Shown in pieces: positions 46,372 through 60,670 of a stretch of 64,000 nucleotides of DNA. Every line of letters begins with the position of its first letter. Position 1 is the first letter of the stretch. The stretch spans positions 26,164,001-26,228,000 of the forward strand of contig NC_088798.1 of assembly GCF_011386835.1 (NCBI RefSeq), written 5' to 3'. A model generated the notes under the pieces. It was given only the letters and a program-made list of their open reading frames with translations, had not been told where the DNA came from and made no database searches. Both the position numbers and the translations under genes were made by a program. Source of the stretch: Chrysemys picta bellii (lineage: Eukaryota).

Positions 46372-47500
46372 GGAATTATATTTTAGGGCCTTGTAGGCAA
46401 AGGGAGGTAAAGAGCTGATATGCCTTAATCCCACTTCTACCAGACAGGAGGTGAGAGAAATGTATCTCCTTGGCTGACCATTGTGTATAGTGTGTCTTAC
46501 AATAGGAGGCTATTTGCATATTAAGTCAAATGCTAATGAAGAGATTGGGGGGACTTCACAAGAAGAAATTAACAGGAATGGGTGAATGGCATTACCTGAT
46601 TATAGGTAATGAACAAAGAGCTGGTGTGATGGTCAGCACTTGTGGGGAGTGTCTCCTAGTGGACAGGGAGTTTAGGCCCTTCGACATGAAGAGGCGGGTT
46701 TTGGTAGGGAAGCCCAAGTCCTCCCACTCCACTGGGTTTGTTGGGCAAGGTGCTGGGGCCAGCATCCTCAGCAGGGATTGAGCATGGGAAAAATGTCTCA
46801 GCGTGTCCCTGCTCTCTCTGGTATTCAAGCTCTTGGCCAAATTGCCCTGCATCATTTTGTTCTTCATGGTCTTCCTCCATGTACATCGGGTGAGTGTCCA
46901 CTCGCCCATGCTTCTGATTCATGTTTAGCCTAGCAGAAACGGAAGGGCCTTCCAAGGAAAATGAAAGAGCACATTATTGTCTGACCATGAGAAAAAGATT
47001 TCTACCCTTTTGCAGGAGCTGCATCACTTCAAGGTCACAGGATGATATGTTTTATCATTTGGTTTTATTTTATTCACAGAAAATTCACTGGTCTGTTCAG
47101 AAGCTCCCGTAAGCTATGCTCCAAGCCAACACACATCATGGTGAGATTCACATACCAAAATCAATTAAAATCATTTATAAATCCTCATAGTTTTTCCCTT
47201 GGGGGAGGTGGTTGTAATGAAGGACCCTGTTACTAGCTATGCTTTTACAGTCCTTTCAGGCAGAGCAAGCTCTGCACATTGTTGTCCTAGAGGTGCCTGA
47301 ATGGAAGCAAGAATTCTATTCCAGGCCAGCCAGGAGAGCCATCCATCTATGCTATAGAGATTTTTTCCCGCATCTGATGACTGACCACACATCAACAAAT
47401 GGAAGGGGCTTATGAGCTACAGAGGCAGCCCCAGTGAGTCTGCACTGTCCTGGAGTTTAGCTGAATGTACAGAGTTCCTGCTCTGTGAGAAGCTTCCATG
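45650..47500. mobile_element. Ancient decayed PIF/Harbinger element (transposase remnant on +, possible Myb remnant on -)
   Basis: The + frame at ~45835-46000 reads GTLLEV...LQKQIVIAIGKLATPDCYRYVASQYGGGKSTG, against VEKRVAIALWKLATPDSYRSVGNQFGVGKSTVG in the intact copy. GTCCACACTAC at ~45652 resembles the TIR core. The right boundary is uncertain. Confidence 0.65.
46340..46369. repeat. (GT)n microsatellite
   Basis: Seen directly. Confidence 0.95.
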
Positions 47501-50500
47501 TATCGCCAGCCAGGAAAGTGTGACATTCATGGCAAGTCAATAAGATTCTGATTTAGAATAGAGATGCATTACAGCCTCCTTAAAATTACCCTCCATTCCT
47601 GCACAGATCAGCCTTGCAGCCCAGGACCAAACACATCCACTGCTATCATTCGGATTCATAATACTGGCAGACCCAGGCTAAAATATACTCACTGCTCCTA
47701 TTTGGGCTGACAATACAGGCAGCCCAAACCACTTCAGCTATGCCAGGAGGATGGTCTGGCGTGGCTGAGTAATACGCTGTGCTGCACTTTCAGGAAAAGA
47801 AAAATAAGAACCATAAGTCTAATACCCCAACCCATCTTTCTAACAATAAGCATGTATCTTGTAAAATGTTAATGCTAATTGCTTAACTATTTTTTCATTT
47901 CCTGCTATCCATTTTTAATCCCACATACTGTCTGGGGGAAGGGATGGCACCAAGGAAATGGCCTGGATTTCACCCTCAAGGGAAACACACTACAACCTTG
48001 TGTTTGTAATAATACTTTAATTGAGCATAACCCAGAAATCTCTCTTATTCTTACCATCAATAACAAAACAAATAGAGAATGAAATATACCATACCCCAGG
48101 ACTGTCCCCAGACTGGTCCTTCAAATATGAACCCAGGATGTATTGTAACAGCTTTAGTGGCATCGCCTAATCCAGGTCTGGCAACAGCACCAAGATTACT
48201 TTGAGGGGTTGATTCCACAGGTGCAGGCTCTCCACTGGCAGTACTTCTATGTAACAAAGCACTCACCTCTTGAGCATCTCTAGCAGCTGGGTGTGGTACT
48301 GCAGTCCTTTTTTCATTCCTGGTGACAGACGTTTTAGTGATGAGCACAGCTAACACACAACAGGGTTAACTGTGCTTACAGTTGAGCAGACCACTTGCAA
48401 AGGAAGGGTTCAAAGTGAAGCATCGGTATTTGATTGTTGCTTCCAATTCCATTCAACTGGGAGTTGAGTGAGACGTTTGAGGGTAGAAGGGCTGGGAGCG
48501 GCAGGCCTAGGGGATTATGGGATACCATTGGCAAACTCTCTGACCATGAGCCTAGTGATCTGGGCCTCTGCATATCTCTATGCTGCAAAATGAGGGGGCT
48601 TGGACCAGCTCCCCAGTGAGACAAAAACTTGGACCCAAACCCCTGGGTGAGTCCCTAGGCCCGTATTCTGAAAGTCTTCTGGTTTGTGTTAGAAAGCTTT
48701 GTGTGTGGATGGCAGTGGTGGGGGTTGGTCTTAAATCTGAGTCTGAGCCTGGGTTTAAAATATACTGCTCTATGTTCGTACAGTGCCTAGGCACAGTGTG
48801 GCCTTGCTCTTTGTTGGTCCCTAAGTACCACTGTGATAAACATGTTGTAATGAATTAATCAATTCAGATACAATTCCAGATCTAAACTTTGTGATCCCTT
48901 CTTCCTTTCTATACTGTCCGATAATAGCAGAACCAGGGTTCACTCCGTGAAATTAAAAGAAATCCAATTTGGAAAAAAGAAAGAAAGGAAGGAAATGTTA
49001 CAATACTCGGTGCAGCCAACTTCATGCTGCAATATTCAATGTAGAGGATTCACTGTCTCAGGAAGTCATGTGGCTGAATTTTACAAAGTGATACATTGGA
49101 CGATAAACACTAAACATAGTCATAATGGTTTGCAGAATCGTCCTGAATTAACAATCAGTTTTTAAGTCTGTACAGAAGCTCAATTAAGATAGCAGTAGGC
49201 ATAATTTTTTAAAGATGGTGCCAGTGTATTATAGTTGGCCTAAATAGAACCATACAACATAGCAACTAATGTGGTAACTAAATATTTTGTTATTAAATAA
49301 TCGTGTCTATTTTCAAATGTGCAGCATACTTTGATCTGACATGTAACCAATTAAGTTCCCTTTTCAAACCAGACTCCACCTGCTTTTGCAGGTGCACACA
49401 ACTGTGCTATGTAAGCGAGACCAGACCATTTATGCACAGAAGTGGAAGGGGAAACATTTGACCCATTTCAAGTAACTTCAGTGGAGTAGCACAAAGAGCT
49501 GCATTCTCTACTTTCCCTGCTCAAGTCTTTGTGTCAAATAAGCAGAGGTTATTTTATGTTTGAAAAACTGACCCAAACTAGTTATTCTGGCAAGATGAAC
49601 GAATCAAATATTTGACATTTTTTATGATGACAATATACTATTATTTATTGTGGTATTTTAGCTCTGTTACTTTTCAGACTTCTCTGGTTTCAGTGTGCTA
49701 GTCTTCCCTTCTCTTGTCCTCTTTGGAAATTGAACAGGTTTGTTTTATTAATAGAATTGGTTTTCATGGAGATTTCTTTTAGCTGCTTAATTTTTAGCGG
49801 GGAGCCTGAATTCTTTTTTCAGGGGACTATATTGCATCGCTAAATTAAGGGTTGCAGTACAAAGCACTGTGCTACAGTACATGAGATACTTCACTGTAAA
49901 AGAGAAATATCCCTCTTGGTGCATCTTCTTAGTAGTGCAAACCAACAACATTGGAGATTAGAGGGCCAGATTCTCAGCTGGTGTAAATAGTCTTAGCTTC
50001 AATGAAGCCAATGTTGCTAAGACAATTTGCACTAGCTAAGGATCTGCTCATGGAGCTCTGAGCTGGCAGTGCTGCCTGCAACTACTATTATTTTCATTAT
50101 TTAAATGATTTCTCAGTCACCCTCCCTTTCTGAACTGCATTTGACAATCAGTGCCTGATCATGGATCCACCACCCTACCCACTATCCGATGTCTCATGTA
50201 TTTATAGTTTTTTTTCCTTCCTTCTCACTTGATTGAAATGGGGATTTGCATGGGAATCAGTTGCTCTGCCCATGTGGAACTATTTGCAGCATCAGACTTT
50301 ACCTGAAAGAAATGGTACATATTTTTTCCTAGATTCAACCTTCCCTATTTTAGCCCTAAGTACATGCTAAGTCAGAAGGATGGAAGATATATTGTGAGAC
50401 TTCCACACTGTAGAGTACAAAGCAACAGGGACAGGGTCAGGGGTGAGAAGAAGAATGAAAAACTTCTTAGGCATCTAACAAAGCTATAATGGAATCTTTT

Positions 50501-52966
50501 GTAAGTAGCACTTCTGTTGCTGAATATGCTTCTCTTCCAGTCCCATCACTCACTCTGGCGAATAATGCAGATGCTCATGTCCAGAAGATACGGAACTCTG
50601 ACAATATCTAATGGATTTTACTGAGCATGCTCAAGAAACTTATTGTTATTCAAATCAAGAAGTGAAAGACTAGCAGCAAGCCACCTGCCCATTAGTCAAG
50701 GGCACCTTCAAACAACAATGGGCTGAACTCAAATGCAGATAGTAGTGCCCTGTGTTATTTCAGAGCGGTGCTTTCACAAATCAATCAATAGCTGCCAAAA
50801 ACAAGCCCCCTTCCCCAACCCCCTGAAAGCTACATGCCAATAAGGGAATTGTTGAAAAATATTTCAGGGTTGGATGTTTAAAATGGACTTCACGTGCTTA
50901 AAGGCAGATTTTCGACTGCCTAGAGTAGATTGCAATAAATCAGGCAAATTGCAATAAAATGTAAAAAGTCTTTATCAATTCGTTACATTCTCAATAAAAC
51001 TTTGAATTCTACTAAATGGGTTGTATTTCTTTAAGGGTAGTGGATAGATTCTTTGCAGGGGGAGGGACTGGATTTCAGCAAATAAATGTAATTCCTCATT
51101 GCTATTTACCTGCTTTTGAATGAACTGAATAGAATGTTGAGAGTCGATTCGATCAATAATAATAAAATACTCCAAGATCTGAAAGTGCTTTAATATTAAT
51201 TAATTCACTTTTTCAACACCTAATTGAAAGCATTGATTGGCTACACATGAAATTACTTCTCAGAAATATTTTGTGAGTATAGTAGCAATTAAGTATCTGA
51301 CTCTGGACAAAATGTCTGCATGCAAATAATTACTTGCATGAATGGATCCCATTGGAGGAGAAAACAAGGATGAGGAGTCAGTTGTGTTTTCTTAATACTG
51401 TTTGTTTATTTTCACTGCATTTGCTAGTCCTTAAATAGAGACGGTCACAAATAGCACATAGGCAATCTGCTCCGTTGCAAGTCTTGGCCCCAACACCAAT
51501 GCCCAGTTCAATTGACTCAAGATGGAGATTTTGTAGCAGAGAGCAAACTCTTACTATTTGCAACAGCTCCCCCCAGTGAAACCGCATCACAGAACTAACA
51601 ACACAGCTTTTCTTTAGATGGCACACGGCTCACACACTAAGAAAAAGCACTTCTGACCATGTATAACAGTGCCATCTAGTGACTCCTGCAATAACAACAT
51701 ATACATTGCAATAGTAATAGCAACCTGAGATTAATGCAGTTCCTCAGAATTATCTAACAAGAGAGGTAATGATAGTTCACCATCAACTTTTCCATATTTA
51801 CCAGGCAAAATGCCTTGATCATTGTGTTATAATTAAGTTTACAAAATGTTTCCAGCTTCAATTAATAATTGATTGTCAGTGTTCTTATATGTTTTTAAAA
51901 ATTGATACTTACAAAGAGTACTATGGTAAAATTTGACAACAAGGACAAGGGATTTATTTAATTAACAAATCAACTAAAACCCCTTTCCTTTCTCCTCCCA
52001 CTGGAACAAAAATCTACCTATGACTATTTGAAAACTGGCATACTGTGATCTGAAAAATGAAAAATTGTTGGTTGACAGGCACTGCAGGAAATAATTTGGA
52101 ATACGCATAATCTGTGCAGGTTAAAGTAGAACACACCGCGGTTGATAAAAGCATGCACATTGCCCCTCCCACTGCCGAAGGCAGGCAGCAGAGTGAAAGT
52201 GGCTTTCATGACAGTCTGGCTAATAGACACATCATTTTCCCATTCAGTTTTCAACTAATGTACAATATCAGACTGGCACCACCACGATATCCGCAACAGT
52301 ACTAGAGCTGCTGCTGCTACCACCATTATGGAGATTTGTTTCCGGTGTTTCATTGTTGAAGTCACAGGAGAAGGTAGTTAATACTGGAGGCAGAGAACAA
52401 CTCTATCTTCAATAGTGACTCCAATCTAAGCCTAGGGCCAGTTCCCTATTGGTACCTGCTGCTGCTTGTGTAACCATTGGCATAACAGAGATGCTGCTGC
52501 AGCTGGTGCTTGTTTGGTAATAATACAGATTTTAGGCTTAATGGTCCTGGCTGCTGTCTTGTCTTCCTCTATTATTAATACTAGAGAAAGCTAGTTTGAA
52601 GCCCAAGGGCAGACATGGGCAGGGTCTCCCACATGAGTTATGTGGCTGAGCCTATAGCCCCAAGTGCTGCAGCTGCAAACTCTCCCACTTTTATGTGGAC
52701 CTTACAGCCTGATGGGAAAGCTACAGATGTGCCTTCTCCTGTCAATTTTCTGTGGAATTGCCAGGCCTAGAGCCTTTGAGCCTAACTCCTACACTTGGTT
52801 GAAGGAGTAGACTTTAGAGTACCCTGTAGTCTGGAAACACGGTAGTGGTTGGTTTTCTTATCCCCACTTAAATTAAGCATTTTCTTTAATGACTTAAAGA
52901 ATGGAATGGAAAGTATGCTTATAAAATTTGTGTATGACACCAAGATGTGTATGTGTGTGTATGCAA

Positions 52967-53745
52967 GCATGTTGGAAGACAGGATTAAAATTCAAAATGA
53001 CCTTGACAAATTGGAGAGTTGATCTGAAGTAAAAAAGATGAAATTTAATAGAGAAAAGTACTAAGTATTGCAACTTAGGAAGGACAATTAAATGAACAAC
53101 TATAAAATGAGGAATAACTGGCTAGGCAGTAGTATTGCTGAAAAGGATCCGGGGGTTATAATGGCTCATAAATTGAACATGAGACAAAATGTGATGCAAT
53201 TGTGAAAAAGGCTAATATCATCCAGGGGTGTATTAACAGGAGAGTCATATGTAAGACACAGCACTGGTGAGGCCTCAGCTGGAGGTTTGAGAGGCACATT
53301 TTACGAAAGATGCAGACAAACTGGCGAGGGAGTAGAGGAGAGCAAGAAAAATGATGAAAGGTTTAAAAAACCTGACCTAGGGGGAAAGGTGAAACCAAAA
53401 AACCAACAAGCAAACCCAGACATGTTTAGTTTTGAGAAAAGAAGACTGAGGGGAGGGAATCTGATAACAGTCTTCAAACATCTTAAGAAGTGCTATAAAG
53501 AGGACATGGATCAATTATTCTCCATGTCCACTGAAGGTAGGAGAAGAAGCAATCAGTTTAATCTTCATCAAGGAAGATTTAGATTCAATATTAGGAAAAA
53601 CTTTCTAGCTATAAGGATAGTTAGATACAGGAGAGGCTATGGAATCCCCATCATTAGAGGTTTTTAAGAAAAGGTTAGACAAAAAACCTGTCAGGGATGG
53701 TGTAGGTATACTTGGTCCTGCCTCTTGTGGGCTCTTCCAGCCCTG
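52967..53745 (+). mobile_element. CR1 LINE 3' fragment, decayed
   Basis: RIKIQNDLDKLE, DMFSFEKRRLRGG.LITVFK, QGRFRFNIRKNFL and MESPSLEVFKKRLDK are CR1 ORF2 C-terminal motifs. Confidence 0.9.
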
Positions 53746-56700
53746 CTTTTCTATACAGAAAAGTTTTTGTAAAACTTCTTATGCCACTCTCTTTGCCGGT
53801 CAAAGATATGCACAGAACGACTGGTAGCACTTATTCTAGATATCTGAATACTGAATATAACACTGGTAGGATAGTTTACACTGTTTTTAAATCGTGTATT
53901 TGTTTATTCACTGCTGCTTGTTACCTTTTTGGAAGCTTGAAAGTTGTTTTCTTAGTAGTTTTCTGGTTCACCATTGGCCATACACCCTGGTTCACTGCTG
54001 TTCAGTAAGTCATAAGTGCTGAGTTGATGTCACTAATTTACAGTACTTTTAGTGATAAAAACTGGCATTGGTAAATTTGATATGTTTTTAGGGAAAGATC
54101 ACATCAAAATAATTATGTGGATTCTGCAAAGAGGTATAAGGAAAAAAATCCAGGCCCAACTTTAGATGTGCCAAACCTTAGCACTGTGCTATCCTAATAT
54201 ATCATTGGTAGAAAAAACTGGAGGCAACTTTTGTGGAATTTTTTCCCCATGAGTAGACAGGAAAATGTTAGTCCTGCTGAGTGATATAAACTTGTCATGG
54301 ATCAGGGAAATGGTAGTTCATTGGTTCCTCAGTGAATGCTGCTTTCTCTGAGCGCTTAGAATCCTATCTCAGACAAACCTCCCATTGAAGTTAATCTGTC
54401 TTCATAAAGTCATTGGCAGTTTTGCCTGTTGTAGACTCTAGGAACAGGTCCTAAGGTAGCACTCTCCGAGCCAGAGGATAATGGTTTCACTGCCTGTCAG
54501 AGCATTTTTAATCATATTGTCATTAAACTAAATGCTGTGGATGCTTCTGTGAATCTATACAGGTGCTATAATGGAAAGATGCATCAGGGAGGTCTGCAGA
54601 AGTTTTGAATTAAGGACTGGGACAGAGTTAAGGACCCAGTTCAGCAACTGATCTTCAATCAGGACATCTCAGGGATTGCTGCACTTGGAACAATTGCAGG
54701 AGCAGATCATATGGATGACTCTTGTGAGGCACTGACTGCCCCCAACTCCCACCAACCTGAACACTTAGTCAGCTCAAAGCAGGTGCTGAACAACTTTGAG
54801 GGATCAAGCCATTAGTGAATACAAAAGCCATGGAGGCCCAGCTCTCCCCATCCTGTGGGAAGACCTACTGAAGGGATTTGAGAGAGGAAATCTCAAAGAT
54901 CCTCCAATGGAGTTTATCCTAATTATTCATTGGATTGGCAAGATTCATGAGGTAGAATTCTCTTGCACTTGTAAATTGGTTTAATGAGTAAGTTCCTATA
55001 ATTTCACAAATGAAACATAATTCAGTAATGAGCCATCAAAACAGCATTAAATTCATAGCAGCTTGGCTAAAGTGAGTTTACTTCCTATTAATGCTGTAAT
55101 ACTCTGATTTTCCTCACTTGTAGTTATTAGCATAATGTTGATGGCCTTTCTCTATAATTACATTGGACACAAAGATACAGTTCTTACAATTGATTCATAA
55201 TTCCAAAACAAACATGAAAACCGCTCCTCCAGCAAAGACCTTTCACCCTGTCCCAAGTTTGGTAATTCCTTGAGCCAAAGTTCTAATTAATAGTCAAAAT
55301 TACTCTCAACACCAGATTGCCAAGAAATTAACAAATGTCCAGGGTTCATTTCAAATGGCAGACAAAATTAGTGGCTGAACCTAATTGAAAGTTTCCCTAG
55401 TTTATAGAAATATTTAATGGACTTAGAATCAATGAAGCTTTAATACTCAATAGAAATAAATTATTATACCCTTACTGTCAAAGCAATTTCAGATTTCATG
55501 TTCACCCTCTGTTAAGCCTTTTAGCTTATTTCAGTTTTTAAATCACATATAGTACAGCTTTAGGGGCCTGCATCTCTGTGATTTATTATACAAAGGAACA
55601 ATTATTTCTGCAGGTAAAACTGTCCTTTTTTAAAAAGGTAAGATAAACAGATGTGCCTAAAGCATCTTTAGAAAAATCGGAGAGCTGGCTAAATATATTA
55701 CAAACAGCAATAAAAAAAAATACAGCCATCAACTGTCTACAGTACTGTGTGTACATTTCTATGTCAACATACAGTATCCAAGGCCTCCCCCGCCAAAAAA
55801 ATAAAAAAGCCTCAGAACAAAAAGCCAAAACCTTTTTTTGTTAATCTCTTAAACCCCCAAAACAATAAACAGGAACTAGTTCTGACATGTAATTTATCAA
55901 GCTGAGAAGTTTCTATTGTTATGAACAAAAAAAGGGAAACAAAAATAACTGAGTAATATGAGCACAGTCTTGGGGAAAAGTTAACTTTGTCTAAAAAAGT
56001 GTTAGCATCCTTTCTGCAGGATCTAAAGTCATGCCATTTGCATTACACCAATAGATACAAAAATGTTTACAATGTACTCAATTGGGAAGGCAAAACTAAT
56101 CCCTAATTCTTTTCTCTCGATTTTCAAGAACTGCTTGAAGAAGAAAAGTTCTCTACTTTGACCTGTCATTCTGTTCGGTAAAGGTTTTATAAGCATTAAT
56201 ATCTACTCATTTATATGCATCGGAAAAAATGCCTGTAGCCCTCTAGAATGCGAGCACTGTGCTAACTACATTTGGAACACCCTGAAATAGCACTGGCTTA
56301 GAAACAGGGTGGGGGAAAGGTAGCTAACACTTTCCAGATGACTGTATTTTTACAGTATATGTCAATGTTCCCCGTGCTAAATATCACCTTGATTAATTTT
56401 ATGCCTCTTTTGTACAAAAATAAAATAAATGGCAGAAGAATGCTGGGAATATTTTTCTGTTGAACTAAACTATTTGTTATTGGATTAATTTGTTCTAAAT
56501 ACCAGTTAAGCTCAGAAATAATTCAGCCCATCTCTCTCACCCTTGTTGTACATTTCGATTAAGGGAGACCCCACCAAGATATATTTCATGGTGCTCAGGT
56601 AATGTGGGACCTTATGTGAGCTTCCCATTTCTTTTCCCTACCTATGAATGAAACTGCATCATATCTAGTGCATCGAGATCCCACAGTATCATGGATGGGT

Positions 56701-59438
56701 AAGATTTGCCCCTGTATATCAGATGTACAAAATGATCTCAGCCTGGCTTCTAAATTTGCCCACCTAAAATGTATGCATCTAGGTTTTCCTTAAGAGAAGA
56801 GTAGCTAGTTAGCTACTCACACAAAGCATAAACTCTAGGTGTGAATAACTCTCAGAGGTCATTCTTTTTGTGTGGTGTGTGTGTGTTTGAACTCTGCTTT
56901 CACCTTTCCTCTCCAACATGCAAATCCTACTTTGCCTGATAGTTGTAGAGGAAACCTCTCCTGTATATTCATAAGTGTCCGTGACATAATATAAAAAGAT
57001 TTTACTGAGAAAGGTTCCTGTCACAGGTTTTTTTTTTTTTTTTTTTTTTTTGACTGATTATCCTTATGTGACATGCCAGCCCTCCAAGCTAATTTTCAAA
57101 GGATGTGTTACGGGCCTCTGTTGATTTTGCCCTAGCAGTGCTGAAAGTCACTTTCTTAGATCCTCTCTTTATGAAAAGGGAGCTTGTTCTGACTGTGACC
57201 TTTGTATGAAGGCTTTGTTTATTTGACTTTTTTTCTTCCATGTCTGGAGTTCAATTGTTCCAGGTTGTGGTCATACAATCCATCAGCAAAAGGAGGGCTC
57301 TCAGTCTGCAATGGCATTTCTTCTGAAGACTACACAATTAGAAATTTTCAAGTAGATTGTGTCACATCGAGCCAGGGCCTCTGACAGCTGTCATTCAGGA
57401 ACACATTTACTGAGAGAAAGAAAGGCATAACAGAGACAATACAGTCTTTATTATTTGTATTTAATTATGCTCCAGTGGGAAATAATGGCTGTAGCCTGCC
57501 TTCTTTTTTGTGTGTGCAACTTTGAGGCTTTTAATGATATACACATTTCTAATTCCTTAAAACAGTTTCCTGCTTGATCCCAGTTTTGCAGCCTCAGGAT
57601 AAACTCTACACTTCTCCAGTATTAATTTAGACAGTTGCAATTTCCTATCTAAATAATTAGTCTACATGTGGTAAAACTTTTTTAATAAACTACATATACA
57701 ATAAATAATTAAAGTTTCTGTTAAATCAATAATATTGATCTGGACTCCTCTTGAAATCAAATTATGAACTAGAGATTTCTGTTGACTGGGAGTTCTATAA
57801 CTAGGAATGATGTAATTGACATTTTATTTCTTTATTTGTCAGATATTGAATTTTTAATAATTGTAAGATTTCTTCTTGTTTAAACATTCATGGGAGTTGA
57901 ACAATGAAAAAATAGATATTTTTGACATTTCAATCATTTTAATATGCACTTTGAAAAAAAAAGAATTAAGAAGGAAAGCTTATTTATGCTGTGTAGGAAA
58001 ACAAAGTTTCAGTTCTGAGAGCATAAGTAAATTGACACTGGATCACAGTATGTCATCTTTGCCTGGACTTTGATTCTTGGCATACTATTCAAGATAACAA
58101 ATTACAATACAGAAATATGCATTGCTATTTTCCAGTTGCAGTTTCAGCTGTAGACGAGATCCTGGCACTGTTGCATCTCTCATTGTAAAATTGTTCCCAA
58201 GAGGAAATGACATTTAATTGTAGGCTAAAATTACCTGAGCCTGATCTGATATGTTGGATGGCTCTGCAAACCTGAATATCTTCTTTTATAATTTTTTTGA
58301 AGATTTAGTGACGATAACATTTTGTTTATTAGCATGAAAATGACAGCTTTGTCTCTCCATGACCAAGGCTTTATTTAACATCCAGAAATATCTGGCTACC
58401 TTATCTTGTAGCAGAACAAGTTCATATGCCTGTAGGAGTTCCCACTTTTGGACCGCTTTTTCTCTTGCAAGAAGTGTGGCAGATGATTAGTGGTGCACAT
58501 AAAAGCTAACGAGCCAGCTGAAAATTGCACATATGAAGTCAGCTGAAAGTCGCATGACTCCACTAGCAAATAAAGGCTTGTCTTCTATAGCCAGTGCAAG
58601 TCTATCTGATGCAAGGTCACTGATACAGTCACTTTATTCTTGGGCTTGTTGAATAAAATACAGTTGTGAACATTAGCAGTTTTCACTAAACACTAAATAT
58701 TTTTTCAATGAGCTGTCAAAAATGAGTAATATTTGAGAGTATACTTCTGGAGAGATATGCAGAAAACATGCATGGGGACAGGAGACTAATCTTGCACCCA
58801 ATGAAACTCAATGGCATTTTTTTCTGTGTGCTTTTTGAGCCCTGAACTACTCTGGCTTCCACAGGTGTTAGCCAGGTTGATGACCTGGTTGGAGGGAAAA
58901 CTTCTAAATATATTTTATCCCAAATCAACACACTATTGCTTCAACAGGTGATGGGCAGTATTCAACTTCAAACATTTTGGGGAAAAGTGAAGTGTTAATA
59001 ATATTCTGACCTTCTTCTGCTCCCAGAGGCTACTCCACCCTTCTTGGCTTCTTGCCAGACTTGTGTTTCAGGGCATGATGCTAAAGCTATCTCTCCCCCC
59101 TAGATCCCCTCCTTGTCCCTACCCAATGCCCTTTCTGTCTACAGAGTGACGATAGACTCATCCCTACTGCCCCCTCCTGCTCACAACTTCCTGCTTTATG
59201 CAAGCCCAGCCTGCCCCTGCCCAGCTGGTCTTCATCTTCAATCCCTAACCCTCCTCCAGGTGCAGCCTATAAGGTTAATTATAACCTGGTCAGGCCTTGT
59301 GTGAGATGGACTCCCCAACACATCAATTCTGCAAACATTTACTTCTGGCTGTAGTACTTAGCATGTTAAATCTTCCTAACAAAGCTTCTGTATGTGTATG
59401 TGTAAACAGCTGGCAATATTATTTGTAGACATATTTCT

Positions 59439-59520
59439 TGTGTGTGTTTGTGTATGTGTGTGTGTGTATACAGCACACACACATATATATACATACATAT
59501 AGAGAGAGAGATACAGAGAG
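59439..59520. repeat. Compound (GT)/(CA)/(AT)/(AG) microsatellite
   Basis: Seen directly. Confidence 0.85.
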
Positions 59521-60039
59521 CACAGCATTGAATTAAACAATATGATTCTTAAAGTTATAGATAGCTATACCACATAAAAATTGCATAAATAATATACAGA
59601 ACTTACTTGATGTATCAGAATGACACTGTGGTGGAACATTTCTGTAATACTTATATATAGCAATCACTTTGACAAGGCACAGGGCCAGTACTAATCAAAT
59701 ATATAGAGGCTAAGAACAGGAAATAGGACTGAACAGTTGTTCAAAATGCACCTTAAGGTGATGGAATGGTTCTATAGGTTAGAATATAACAGCAGTAATG
59801 GCACCATTATGCTGTTCTATTAAAGACATAAAAGTACAGTAGCCACTGTAAAACAGCATAATGTAGTCTGGCTTTATACTCCATGGCTTTACTCAACAAT
59901 TACATTAAAAGCCAGACTTCATGAAAAAAAAAGTATTTTTTGTACTGCACTTGCAACAAACAGATACTTTGCACTTCAAACACCTTCCTTACAAGAATCA
60001 CCTAAAGCTTTATAAACACAAATGCTTTAAGTCTCACGA

Positions 60040-60105
60040 TATCCCTACAAGGTAAGGAAGTTGTTTCGTTTTACAGATGAGGAAACTGAGGCACGGGGAA
60101 ATTGA
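60040..60105 (-). repeat. MIR/CORE-SINE fragment
   Basis: TTTTACAGATGAGGAAACTGAGGCAC core. Confidence 0.6.
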
Positions 60106-60384
60106 GACCAAATATTTTCAAACTTGAGTTGCTAAAGTTACTCACCAAAAATCATAATTCAGCAACAAACTAACTGGCTCATTTCCAGAGCTGCTCATCA
60201 CTTTCACTTTTCAGAGAACTTTTGATGTAGAGGAGGTAAATCAGAGACTTCTATTTTAACTGGTTCATGAAACTAGAAAATAACAAAATGTGAAGGTGAC
60301 ATATGTAAAGCTGAAAAAGGGGTTTTATTTTAATTTAATTTTATTTTATTTATTACATAATTTGTGGACCTCATTGCCACATGA

Positions 60385-60670
60385 TATTTTTGAAGTTGAG
60401 AGCTTAGCAGCATTCAAAAGGGGATTAGACACTGATATGAATGAGAAATAATAATATATTAGATAATAATATTAGATAGCAGAGGATAAAAATATATGCA
60501 TGACATAAACCCTCATACTTGATGTTATCAGTCGCTGATTGCATGGGGCTACAAGGAGACTTTCACTATGGGGAAGTTATGTCATAATTTTCCATTATGA
60601 GGATTTGTGCACCTTCCTCTGAAGCACTTAGTATTTACCACCATGAGGATGGAATAGACGGACTGTGGCG
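60385..60670 (+). repeat. Old CR1/L3 3' end
   Basis: CATTCAAAAGGGATTAGAC... and TGCACCTTCCTCTGAAGCA... resemble the 3' region of old CR1 copies. Confidence 0.5.
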
